A stretch of DNA of 64,000 nt from Bdellovibrionales bacterium (GTDB lineage: Bacteria > Bdellovibrionota > Bdellovibrionia > Bdellovibrionales > CAYMLA01). The number at the start of each line of letters is the position of its first letter. Within the stretch, counting starts at the first letter, position 1. The stretch spans positions 1 to 64,000 of the forward strand of contig OZ244239.1 of NCBI GenBank assembly GCA_965217115.1, read 5' to 3'. A program made the position numbers and the translations under genes. The notes beneath the pieces are model-generated. The model was not told the origin of the DNA and ran no database searches. It saw nothing but the letters and a program-made list of their open reading frames with translations. This document shows, piece after piece, positions 10,738 to 18,439 of this stretch.

Positions 10738-11625
10738 ATGAGCTTTAAATTATCAATGGTAATGACATTACTACTAAGCAGTTCATTAACTTGGGCAATG
10801 ATATTGCCGCCCAATGATCTGCACTTGCAAGATAATCTGTTCATGGAAAATTCAAATATAACAGAGGCTGTGTTTAATCAGATTATTACCCAAGCCGAGG
10901 AGGTTTATGCTCCGATCATTGCGAGGCATGGCGCGACTTTGAGATTCAACCGTTTTTGGAATAACCCATGGGTTAATGCCAGTGCCGAACAAATTAAGAG
11001 CACATGGGTCGTCAACATGTACGGTGGTTTTGCTCGACGTCCAGAAGTCACTCCAGATGGTTTTGCTCTGGTTGTCTGCCATGAGCTGGGCCATCATTTA
11101 GCGGGGTATCCATTCAATACAAGGGTCTTTAATGAGTGGGCATCCACTGAGGGACAGTCTGATTACTTTGCCGCGCAGTCCTGTGCACGTAGGCTTTGGA
11201 GCGGTGAGGAAGACAAAAACCGTCTCTCCCGTGGAACTGTTAACCCAATAGCCAAAGAGGGTTGCGACTCTGTTTGGAGCACTGAGAAAGATCAGAACCT
11301 CTGTTATCGAACGGCTCTGGCTGGTCACTCGTTGGCCACTTTGTTGGGTGCTTCTACAGAAACAACGGTGGGTTTTTCCACACCCAATGGAGCCGAAGTG
11401 CCCAAGACAGTCACCTCACATCCTCAAGCACAATGTCGTTTAGATACCTATTTCCATGGGGCAATGTGTGATGTTGAGTTTGATTCAAGCATCATTCCAG
11501 GTCTTAACCACAGTGATGGTCAAGAATCAAAGGGAGCTGAAGGAATTGCTGCTAGGAATTCCTGTACAAGGAGAGCCTTTTTTTCTGTGGGAACTCGTCC
11601 TCTGTGTTGGTATAAACCTTTATGA
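10738..11625 (+). CDS. Secreted zinc metalloprotease, M48-like (paralog 1, catalytic domain only)
   Basis: Signal peptide, CHELGHH (HExxH) plus EGQSDY third ligand; GGAGG RBS before ATG 10738. Confidence 0.8.
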   Translation: MSFKLSMVMTLLLSSSLTWAMILPPNDLHLQDNLFMENSNITEAVFNQIITQAEEVYAPIIARHGATLRFNRFWNNPWVNASAEQIKSTWVVNMYGGFARRPEVTPDGFALVVCHELGHHLAGYPFNTRVFNEWASTEGQSDYFAAQSCARRLWSGEEDKNRLSRGTVNPIAKEGCDSVWSTEKDQNLCYRTALAGHSLATLLGASTETTVGFSTPNGAEVPKTVTSHPQAQCRLDTYFHGAMCDVEFDSSIIPGLNHSDGQESKGAEGIAARNSCTRRAFFSVGTRPLCWYKPL

Positions 11626-11650
11626 TTAGTTCAGAGCACTGGAGGGTAGA

Positions 11651-12571
11651 ATGAGCTTTAAGTTATCAGTGGTAGTGACGTTACTACTAAGCAGTTCATT
11701 AACTTGGGCAACGATATTGCCGCCCAATGATCTGCACTTGCAAGATAATCTGTTCATGGAAAGTTCAAATATAACAGAGGAGATGTTCAATCAGATTATT
11801 ACCCAAGTTCAGGAGACTTATGCTCCCATCGTTGAAAGCCATGGCGCGACTTTAAAATTCAACCGTTTTTGGGAGAATTCAATAGTTATTGCCAATACCA
11901 ACCAGGCTAATGGCGTATGGGTCGTCAACATGCACGGTGGTCTTGCTCGACGTCCAGAAATCACTCCAGATGGTTTTGCTCTGGTTATCTGCCATGAGCT
12001 GGGTCATCATTTAGCGGGGTATCCACTCAAGACGAGGTTCTTTAATAAGTGGGCATCCACTGAGGGACAGTCTGATTACTTTGCCGCGCAGTCCTGTGCA
12101 CGTAGGCTTTGGAGCGGTGAGGAAGACAAAAACCGTCTCTCCCGTGGAACTGTTAACCCAATAGCCAAAGAGGGTTGCGACTCTGTTTGGAGCACTGAGA
12201 AAGATCAAAACCTCTGTTATCGAACGGCTCTGGCTGGTCACTCATTGGCCACTTTGTTGGGTGCTTCCACAAAAACAACGGTGGGTTTTGCCACACCCAG
12301 TGAAGCCGAAGTTATCAAGACAAGTGATTTACATCCTCAAGCACAATGTCGTTTAGATACCTATTTCCATGGGGCAATGTGTGATGTTGAGTTTGATTCA
12401 AGCATCATTCCAGGTCTTAACCACAGTGATGGTCAACGATCAAAAGCGGCCGAAGGAATTGCTGCTAGGAATTCCTGTACAAGGGAAAACTTCTTTTCTG
12501 TGGGGACTCGTCCTCTGTGTTGGTATAAACCTCTACGATCAGTTCAGAGTATTTTAGCGGCTCTCTTTTGA
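11651..12571 (+). CDS. Secreted zinc metalloprotease, M48-like (paralog 2, catalytic domain only)
   Basis: Near-identical to paralog 1 over its centre; HELGH motif; stop codon lies inside the downstream repeat element. Confidence 0.8.
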   Translation: MSFKLSVVVTLLLSSSLTWATILPPNDLHLQDNLFMESSNITEEMFNQIITQVQETYAPIVESHGATLKFNRFWENSIVIANTNQANGVWVVNMHGGLARRPEITPDGFALVICHELGHHLAGYPLKTRFFNKWASTEGQSDYFAAQSCARRLWSGEEDKNRLSRGTVNPIAKEGCDSVWSTEKDQNLCYRTALAGHSLATLLGASTKTTVGFATPSEAEVIKTSDLHPQAQCRLDTYFHGAMCDVEFDSSIIPGLNHSDGQRSKAAEGIAARNSCTRENFFSVGTRPLCWYKPLRSVQSILAALF

Positions 12572-12859
12572 AACTATCCCATGCATAACAGCGTTGTTAT
12601 ACATGGAGGTCAGTCATAGAAAGAGATCCATTGACCCATTGATTGAATACGGCCTTGTTTTCTAGAGTCTCTCCCAAGAGAATCCAGTTCTTTTCGGCGA
12701 GTTTGGCTTGGCGACTTCCATTGCATTTCTCTGCAATGGAAGATGACAAACGGATGTTTGAGCAAGAAAAGGGCTGGATTCTTTTGGAAGAGATTCTAGA
12801 AAAAAACAGATCGTCAGAAAAAAACTGGCTCCACTATTGTTTGTCATAAAAAATCTAAA
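12559..12859 (+). repeat. Dispersed structured non-coding element (MITE-like or ncRNA), copy 1
   Basis: Colinear similarity with 63126-63504; hairpins at 12579-12606, 12658-12802 (long stem) and 12715-12742 (11-bp perfect stem). Confidence 0.85.
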
Positions 12860-13122
12860 ATTAACCCCCTATATCCGTGCTGTTAGAACGTCTTGCGTCA
12901 AATGAGCAAATACGGCTGAACTCGAATTCACTCCCCATAGAGCCGTTTATTATAAGGGGAAATCTTAAGTGTCATTAGGGAATCTAATCTTCCCCCTAGG
13001 ACTTAGGGCTGGTTAAAAAAAAGTGCAAAATATTATTTACCCCTGTCCTTATTTTTTGTGATTGAATTATTTTAATAGACAGATTTAGGAATAATCTATT
13101 TTGAATACCAAAGGAGGGTAGA

Positions 13123-14730
13123 ATGAGTTTTAAATTATCAGTGTTAATCATGTTCCTGCTAAAGAGTTCATTAACTTGGGCAACGATATTGCCGCCCAAT
13201 GATTTGCACTTGCAAGATAATCTATTCACAGAAGATTCAAATATAACGGAGGAGATGTTCAATCAGATTATTGCCCAAGCTGAGGATATCTATGCTCCGA
13301 TCATTGAGAGCCACGGCGTGGCTTTAAAAATCAACCGTCTTTGGGAGAATTCAACAGTTAATGCCAATGCCAGCCAGGGTAATGGCATATGGGTCGTTAA
13401 TATGTACGGTGGTTTTGCTCGACGTCCAGAAGTCACTCCAGATGGTTTTGCTCTGGTTGTTTGTCATGAACTGGGTCATCACTTAGGGGGATATCCATTC
13501 TACAATTCTGCTAATAGTTGGGCTGCCAATGAGGGGCAGGCTGATTACTTTGCCACGCAATCCTGTGCCCATAAGCTTTGGAGCGGTGAGGAAGATAAAA
13601 ACCGTCTCTCCCGTGAAACGGTTGACCCAGCAGCCAAAGAGGGTTGTGACTCTGCTTGGAGCACTGAAAAAGCTCAGAACCTCTGTTATCGAACGGCGAT
13701 GGGTGGTCACTCGTTAGCGACTTTGTTAGGTGCTTTAAGAAATACAACGGTGAATTTTGCCACTCCCAATGAAACGGAAGTTCTCAAGACAAGTGATTCA
13801 CATCCTCAAGCACAATGTCGCTTGGATACCTATTTCCATGGAGCACTTTGTAGTGTTGACTTTGATTCAAATATTATCCCAGGTCGTAGACATAGTGATG
13901 GTCAACGATCAGAAGCGGCCGAAGGAGTTGCTGTTGAGAATTCCTGTGCAAGGGAGGTGTTTTTTCCTGTAGGGAACCGTCCTCTGTGTTGGTATAAACC
14001 TTTACGTACAGTTCAGATGAATTTAACGGATGCTATCTGGGAGCAAATATCTGGTAATGGTGATGGTGTGCTTCAACCTGGTGAGACGTTTGGTGTGAAA
14101 TCCTCACTGGTTAATGGAACGCTACGGTCATTTGAAGATACTAAAGTTCAGCTGAAAACAGGAAATGATTCTGTGATCATTGAAAAAAGAACCGTTCAGT
14201 TTCCCAATTCCCTTCCTGGCACGACAGTGGAGCAAGAGGAACCTTTTGTGATTAAAATAAGAGAGAACGCTGCTTGTGGACAATTTATTGATCTGGACTT
14301 GAGTATGATTGTCTCAGGAGCCGTCGCTCGTAAACAGAGCACACGTAAGAGATTAGGCCAAGTTGTAGGATCTGTTCCCTATAAAGAAGTAACAAGTGTT
14401 TCCATTCCTGATAACGATTCAACTGGGATTTCACAGCTGATTTCTGTTGCTGGGTTGACAGGGGTTGGCTCTGTTAAATTTAAGGCGAATATAACTCACC
14501 CCTACTCTGGTGACTTAATCGTTCGGTTGATTTCTCCAGCTGGAAGAGAAATGTTTCTTCGTGAGAAGCAGGGTGGAAGTGAGGACAATGTTATTCTAGA
14601 CGAAGAGTTGGCCATAGATGCTGGGGATATCCAAGGGGATTGGACATTAAAAATAACAGATGCTGGCCCTCGTGATATCGGAACTCTCGATAGCTGGTCT
14701 CTTGAGTTCACCAAAGTTAGCTGCGAATAA
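13123..14730 (+). CDS. Secreted M48-like metalloprotease with Ig-like region and C-terminal proprotein-convertase P-domain (paralog 3, full length)
   Basis: HELGH and EGQADY; GNGDGVLQPGE; SIPDND..ITHPYSGDL..L.SPAG..GDWTLKITD..D.GTLDSWSLEF is the P-domain pattern. Confidence 0.85.
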   Translation: MSFKLSVLIMFLLKSSLTWATILPPNDLHLQDNLFTEDSNITEEMFNQIIAQAEDIYAPIIESHGVALKINRLWENSTVNANASQGNGIWVVNMYGGFARRPEVTPDGFALVVCHELGHHLGGYPFYNSANSWAANEGQADYFATQSCAHKLWSGEEDKNRLSRETVDPAAKEGCDSAWSTEKAQNLCYRTAMGGHSLATLLGALRNTTVNFATPNETEVLKTSDSHPQAQCRLDTYFHGALCSVDFDSNIIPGRRHSDGQRSEAAEGVAVENSCAREVFFPVGNRPLCWYKPLRTVQMNLTDAIWEQISGNGDGVLQPGETFGVKSSLVNGTLRSFEDTKVQLKTGNDSVIIEKRTVQFPNSLPGTTVEQEEPFVIKIRENAACGQFIDLDLSMIVSGAVARKQSTRKRLGQVVGSVPYKEVTSVSIPDNDSTGISQLISVAGLTGVGSVKFKANITHPYSGDLIVRLISPAGREMFLREKQGGSEDNVILDEELAIDAGDIQGDWTLKITDAGPRDIGTLDSWSLEFTKVSCE

Positions 14731-14770
14731 AAACAGCTCCATAGTATAGAGAGAAATATTTTACTATTAA

Positions 14771-14817
14771 TAAGAAGAGAGGGGAGAGAGTTCCCCTTTT
14801 TTTTATTTTAATGACTG
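14771..14817 (+). terminator. Rho-independent terminator; 47-bp direct repeat, copy 1
   Basis: AGGGGA-gagagt-TCCCCT followed by a T-tract; 46/47 identical to 17235-17281. Confidence 0.8.
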
Positions 14818-14870
14818 AGCTGCTGGGGCTGGAATCGCCTATAATCGCTCAGGAATTCAAAACGAATCGA

Positions 14871-15011
14871 ATAAATAAACCATTGAGCTTAATCTTGACA
14901 TTGTTTCGCCCTTATCTTAATTATGACTACAAAGATTAAACTTATGTGATGGGAGAAAGAATCATGAGGATATTGCCTACTTTTCTATTAATCTTGTTAT
15001 TTTCTATAAAT
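14871..15011 (+). repeat. 141-bp perfect direct repeat, copy 1 (upstream region and first codons of the gene at 16800)
   Basis: Identical to 16707-16847; contains TTGACA (14895-14900), RBS and MRILPTFLLILLFSIN. Confidence 0.9.
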
Positions 15012-15035
15012 AATTGATAATTTATATGCTTTCAT
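15008..15035 (-). pseudogene. 5' fragment (MKAYKLSII) of a sister repeat-protein gene
   Basis: Identical to the start of 15196-16293, with a similar RBS region; cut at the 141-bp repeat. Confidence 0.75.
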
Positions 15036-15074
15036 AGATTTTCCTTTGTTTTGACTTCTCCACTTAGTATAAGC

Positions 15075-15090
15075 AGCAAATACCATGCCT
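15075..15090 (-). promoter_or_regulatory. Putative sigma54 promoter of the truncated sister gene
   Basis: Minus strand AGGCATGGTATTTGCT (GG-N10-GC); IHF-like ACTCAATAATTTC upstream. Confidence 0.55.
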
Positions 15091-15195
15091 AAAACAAAGA
15101 TCTAGTCTATTGAAATTATTGAGTTTTTATGAATATAGTAACACTATTTATTTACAGTGCGACAAAAAATGGCAAAAAAAGCCTATAGTTTTATT

Positions 15196-16293
15196 TTATT
15201 TGCTATTAGATATTAAAAATTGTTTCTGATATAATTTTAACGCTTTTGCCCAAGTACCATTTTCAATACTGGCTCGTATAAGTTCTACAGTTGGCTCTTG
15301 ATTATTGGAAACTATTCTTAGTAAAGGATGATCTTTCCAGTGAGGTTGAGATAATACATGTTTAGTAATATGGAGTAAATACTCTTTTGGCATTTTATTC
15401 ATAAGTTTTTCTACTAATTCAGGATGATCTTTCCAGTGAGGTTGAGATAATGTATATTCAGCAATAGACCATAAATATTCACTTGGCATTTTATTTATAA
15501 GTTTTTCTACTAATTTAGAATGATCTTTCCAATGAGGTTGAGATAATACCTCTTCAGCAATAATCCATAATTCTTTATCTAGCATTTTATTTATAAGTTT
15601 TTCCACCCACTCAGGATGATCTTTCCAATGAGCTTGAGATAATACATATGAAGCAAAACTCCATAAATGCCCACTCGGCATTTTCTTCATAAGTTTTTCT
15701 ACTAATTCAGGACGATCTTTCCAGAGAGGTCGAGATAATACATATTGAGCGATAGGCCATAAATATTTACTTGGCATTTTCTTCATAAGTTTTTCTACTA
15801 ATTCAGGATGATCTTTCCAGTGAGATTGAGATAATACATCTTCAGCAATAAAGTGTAAATCTACCCCCGGCATTTTATTTATAAGTTTTTCTACTAATTT
15901 AGGATGATCTTTCCAGTGAGGTTGGGATAATACATCTGTGGCAATAGAGTGTAAAGATTTTCTTGGCATTTTCTTCATAAGTTTTTCTACTAATTCAGGA
16001 TGATCTTTCCAGTGAGGTTGAGATAATACATTTACAGCAATACTCCATAAATCTTTATCTAGCATTTTATTCATAAGTTTTTCTACTAATTCAGGATAAT
16101 CTTTCCAACGAGGTTGAGATAATATATCTTCAGCAATTTTCCGTAAATGTTTACTTGGCGTTTCATTTATAAGTTTTTCTACTGATTCAGAGTTTTTTAT
16201 TTGATCAATATTTTCTGTATCAGCATAAGCAAAAGTTACTTTTATCAAAGAGATAGTTATAAAAAAAATAATTGATAATTTATATGCTTTCAT
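15196..16293 (-). CDS. Secreted 32-aa tandem-repeat (alpha-solenoid) protein
   Basis: Sec signal ending AYA; 8 full and 2 partial 96-bp units, consensus SQPHWKDHPELVEKLMxKMPxxxLxxIAxxVL; distinct C-cap. Confidence 0.9.
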   Translation of the reverse strand: MKAYKLSIIFFITISLIKVTFAYADTENIDQIKNSESVEKLINETPSKHLRKIAEDILSQPRWKDYPELVEKLMNKMLDKDLWSIAVNVLSQPHWKDHPELVEKLMKKMPRKSLHSIATDVLSQPHWKDHPKLVEKLINKMPGVDLHFIAEDVLSQSHWKDHPELVEKLMKKMPSKYLWPIAQYVLSRPLWKDRPELVEKLMKKMPSGHLWSFASYVLSQAHWKDHPEWVEKLINKMLDKELWIIAEEVLSQPHWKDHSKLVEKLINKMPSEYLWSIAEYTLSQPHWKDHPELVEKLMNKMPKEYLLHITKHVLSQPHWKDHPLLRIVSNNQEPTVELIRASIENGTWAKALKLYQKQFLISNSK

Positions 16294-16527
16294 AGATTTT
16301 TCCTTATTTTGATCTTGTTAATTAATATTAGCGATTGGTACCACACCCAATTAGTAGCGTCAAAAGAAAGCTTTACACTTATTATTTAAAGAAATTTTTA
16401 CATTTTACACAACTCCATGCTTAAAACAAAGATTTAGTTTATTGAAATTATTGAGTTTTTATAAATACAATAACACTATTTAGTTATGGCGTGCAAAAAA
16501 ATGGCAGAAAAAGCCTATAGTTTTATT

Positions 16528-16713
16528 TTATTTGCTATTAGATATTAAAAATTGTTTTTGATATATTTTTAACTCTTTTTTCCAAGTACCATTTTCAATA
16601 CTGGCTCGTATAAGTTCTACAGTCGGCTCTTGATTATTGGAAACTATTCTTAGTAAAGGATGATCTTTCCAGTGAGGTTGAGATAATACATGTTTAGTAA
16701 TACTCCATAAATA
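16528..16713 (-). pseudogene. 3' fragment of another repeat-protein paralog (last repeat and C-cap)
   Basis: YLWSITKHVLSQPHWKDHPLLRIVSNNQEP...ISNSK, near-identical to the C-terminus of 15196-16293; the 5' side is replaced by the 141-bp repeat. Confidence 0.85.
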
Positions 16714-16847
16714 AACCATTGAGCTTAATCTTGACATTGTTTCGCCCTTATCTTAATTATGACTACAAAGATTAAACTTATGTGATGGGAGAAAGAATCA
16801 TGAGGATATTGCCTACTTTTCTATTAATCTTGTTATTTTCTATAAAT
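16707..16847 (+). repeat. 141-bp perfect direct repeat, copy 2
   Basis: Identical to 14871-15011; TTGACA at 16731-16736. Confidence 0.9.
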
Positions 16848-17207
16848 TCTTATGCTTTTCAATGTCCAACAGTAGAGCTGGTTGGCAGTTTTAAAACTGT
16901 AGAAGTTCAAGGTTGTGAAGGCTATGAAGACTGGATGCATGTCTCTGCTGTAGAAAATGAAATTCAAGGAAGTACGTTAATCACAGGGTTTGTTTTTAAT
17001 AATAGTGATGAGCCATCTCAAAAACATTGGATAAAAGAAACAATGGATAATTCCCAGCTTCGTTGTGTTAATACTAAAACAACGAAGCTCTGGAGATGGT
17101 TTCCTTCAAGTCCAAGAAGTAATTTCTATTGGGGATTTGCCTACAGAGCAGGGACATATTATGCGGAGCGAGGGCATAACTGCAGATACAAACTGCAGAA
17201 GCTATAA
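16800..17207 (+). CDS. Small secreted hypothetical protein with 4 Cys
   Basis: GGAG RBS, signal peptide MRILPTFLLILLFSINSYA, terminator downstream. Confidence 0.75.
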   Translation: MRILPTFLLILLFSINSYAFQCPTVELVGSFKTVEVQGCEGYEDWMHVSAVENEIQGSTLITGFVFNNSDEPSQKHWIKETMDNSQLRCVNTKTTKLWRWFPSSPRSNFYWGFAYRAGTYYAERGHNCRYKLQKL

Positions 17208-17234
17208 TTTAAAACACTAGGTTCTGAGACAAAT

Positions 17235-17281
17235 TAAGAAGAGAGGGGAGAGAGCTCCCCTTTTTTTTATTTTAATGACTG
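17235..17281 (+). terminator. Rho-independent terminator; 47-bp direct repeat, copy 2
   Basis: AGGGGAG-agag-CTCCCCT followed by a T-tract; matches 14771-14817. Confidence 0.8.
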
Positions 17282-17543
17282 CCGCCCTTGGGTTCTTCAA
17301 ACTCAATGGTCTCTTTGGCTAAAACAGGGTAAATTTAAACCGTTTACACATCGAGGGGATGGACTGTTTCCCCCCAAAGCTTTTCTTATGGGAATAATTA
17401 GGAACTTTTCTTAAATAGCCATTTTTTGTCCAAATTAACTCAAGACCATGAAAATTTTATCAAGGTGGGTTTTGCCCATTGAGAACTATCGAGGAGGTGG
17501 GGTATAATGCAATACGTCATTACATAAATAGTGGAGATCACTG

Positions 17544-18398
17544 ATGTTATTAAAAAATGGTATTCTAGGATTAGTTTTGGGCTCCCTTCTGCTCTCACTT
17601 GCAGGTAGCTGCTGGGCATCGATAGAAGCATCACCTCAAAATACATTTTCTGCACAGGAAAATAATGGAGCCCGTGTATATTCATTGGCTTACACGACAG
17701 TCCTCTCAACGAACTCATATTTTCTTGGTCGTTCAGAGCATCAGTCCAGTCAAACCCATTCATTGAGGGGGGTTATTTATCTTCCCAAGGCTTTTACTCT
17801 ATCAACGTCATTGGGGGTAAATCAGGATTTTGGCAATGAGAAAAAACTATTGTTCAGAGATGGGGCTTTAACATTGGCCAGCCCCATAGTAGGTCTCTCT
17901 AGAAATATAAAGACGACTGGCAGGGCGACTGTCATTTTACCATTGAGTGAGTATTCATCCAAAACTGCAGGATTGATGACTGCCATTAGTCTCACTCCAG
18001 TGGTTTCTATTAATGCAGATAAAATCGCTCCTGATTTAACCTTTTTTTATAGTCCGACATTTATATATAGACTTTATAGGTATGAAACATCTTTAGATGG
18101 TTCATCTAATAATGAGTACGGATTGAGTCAAAACCTAGGAATTGCTTACTCGATTCTAGACAATCTTCGTTTAAGTTTAAATCAATCCTACACTCGATCT
18201 TGGACACATAGTGGAAGCACGAATGATTTTTTTAGTCTGGGGCAGTCTCTGAGTGCGGTCTTTTTTAAAAGCTTGAGCTTATTTGTTGGCCATTCAATAG
18301 GTCAGAGTGCTCTTGCAGCAAATGGAGAGGAATTTAATACTAAAATATTTGATATAAAAAAATCAAATTATTATGCAGGAATGTCTTACCAGTTTTAA
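17544..18398 (+). CDS. Putative outer-membrane beta-barrel protein
   Basis: Signal peptide, amphipathic beta-strand pattern, C-terminal YYAGMSYQF beta-signal. Confidence 0.7.
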   Translation: MLLKNGILGLVLGSLLLSLAGSCWASIEASPQNTFSAQENNGARVYSLAYTTVLSTNSYFLGRSEHQSSQTHSLRGVIYLPKAFTLSTSLGVNQDFGNEKKLLFRDGALTLASPIVGLSRNIKTTGRATVILPLSEYSSKTAGLMTAISLTPVVSINADKIAPDLTFFYSPTFIYRLYRYETSLDGSSNNEYGLSQNLGIAYSILDNLRLSLNQSYTRSWTHSGSTNDFFSLGQSLSAVFFKSLSLFVGHSIGQSALAANGEEFNTKIFDIKKSNYYAGMSYQF

Positions 18399-18439
18399 AT
18401 GCAGAGAAACAGGATTCTAACTAACAAGAGGAGAGTAAA

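Noticed and set aside
12658..12802. Canonical 6S RNA or retron msd
   Set aside because: There are two dispersed copies embedded in a longer repeat, no recognisable 6S consensus and no adjacent RT; kept as an unassigned element.
12643..12849. Short ORFs 12643-12849 (+) and 12662-12847 (-)
   Set aside because: They lie within the structured repeat and have no recognisable protein motifs; indels in A/T runs of the second copy argue against coding.
15320..16190. 96-bp periodic repeats as a CRISPR array
   Set aside because: The units are in-frame coding repeats, the variable parts are homologous to each other, and no cas genes are present.
15196..16713. Diversity-generating retroelement (VR/TR pair)
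   Set aside because: No reverse transcriptase is in the window, and the differences between copies do not appear to be confined to adenines.
16528..16737. 69-aa ORF as an intact gene
   Set aside because: Its first 8-9 codons come from the antisense of the 141-bp repeat and it has no signal peptide; treated as a gene fragment.
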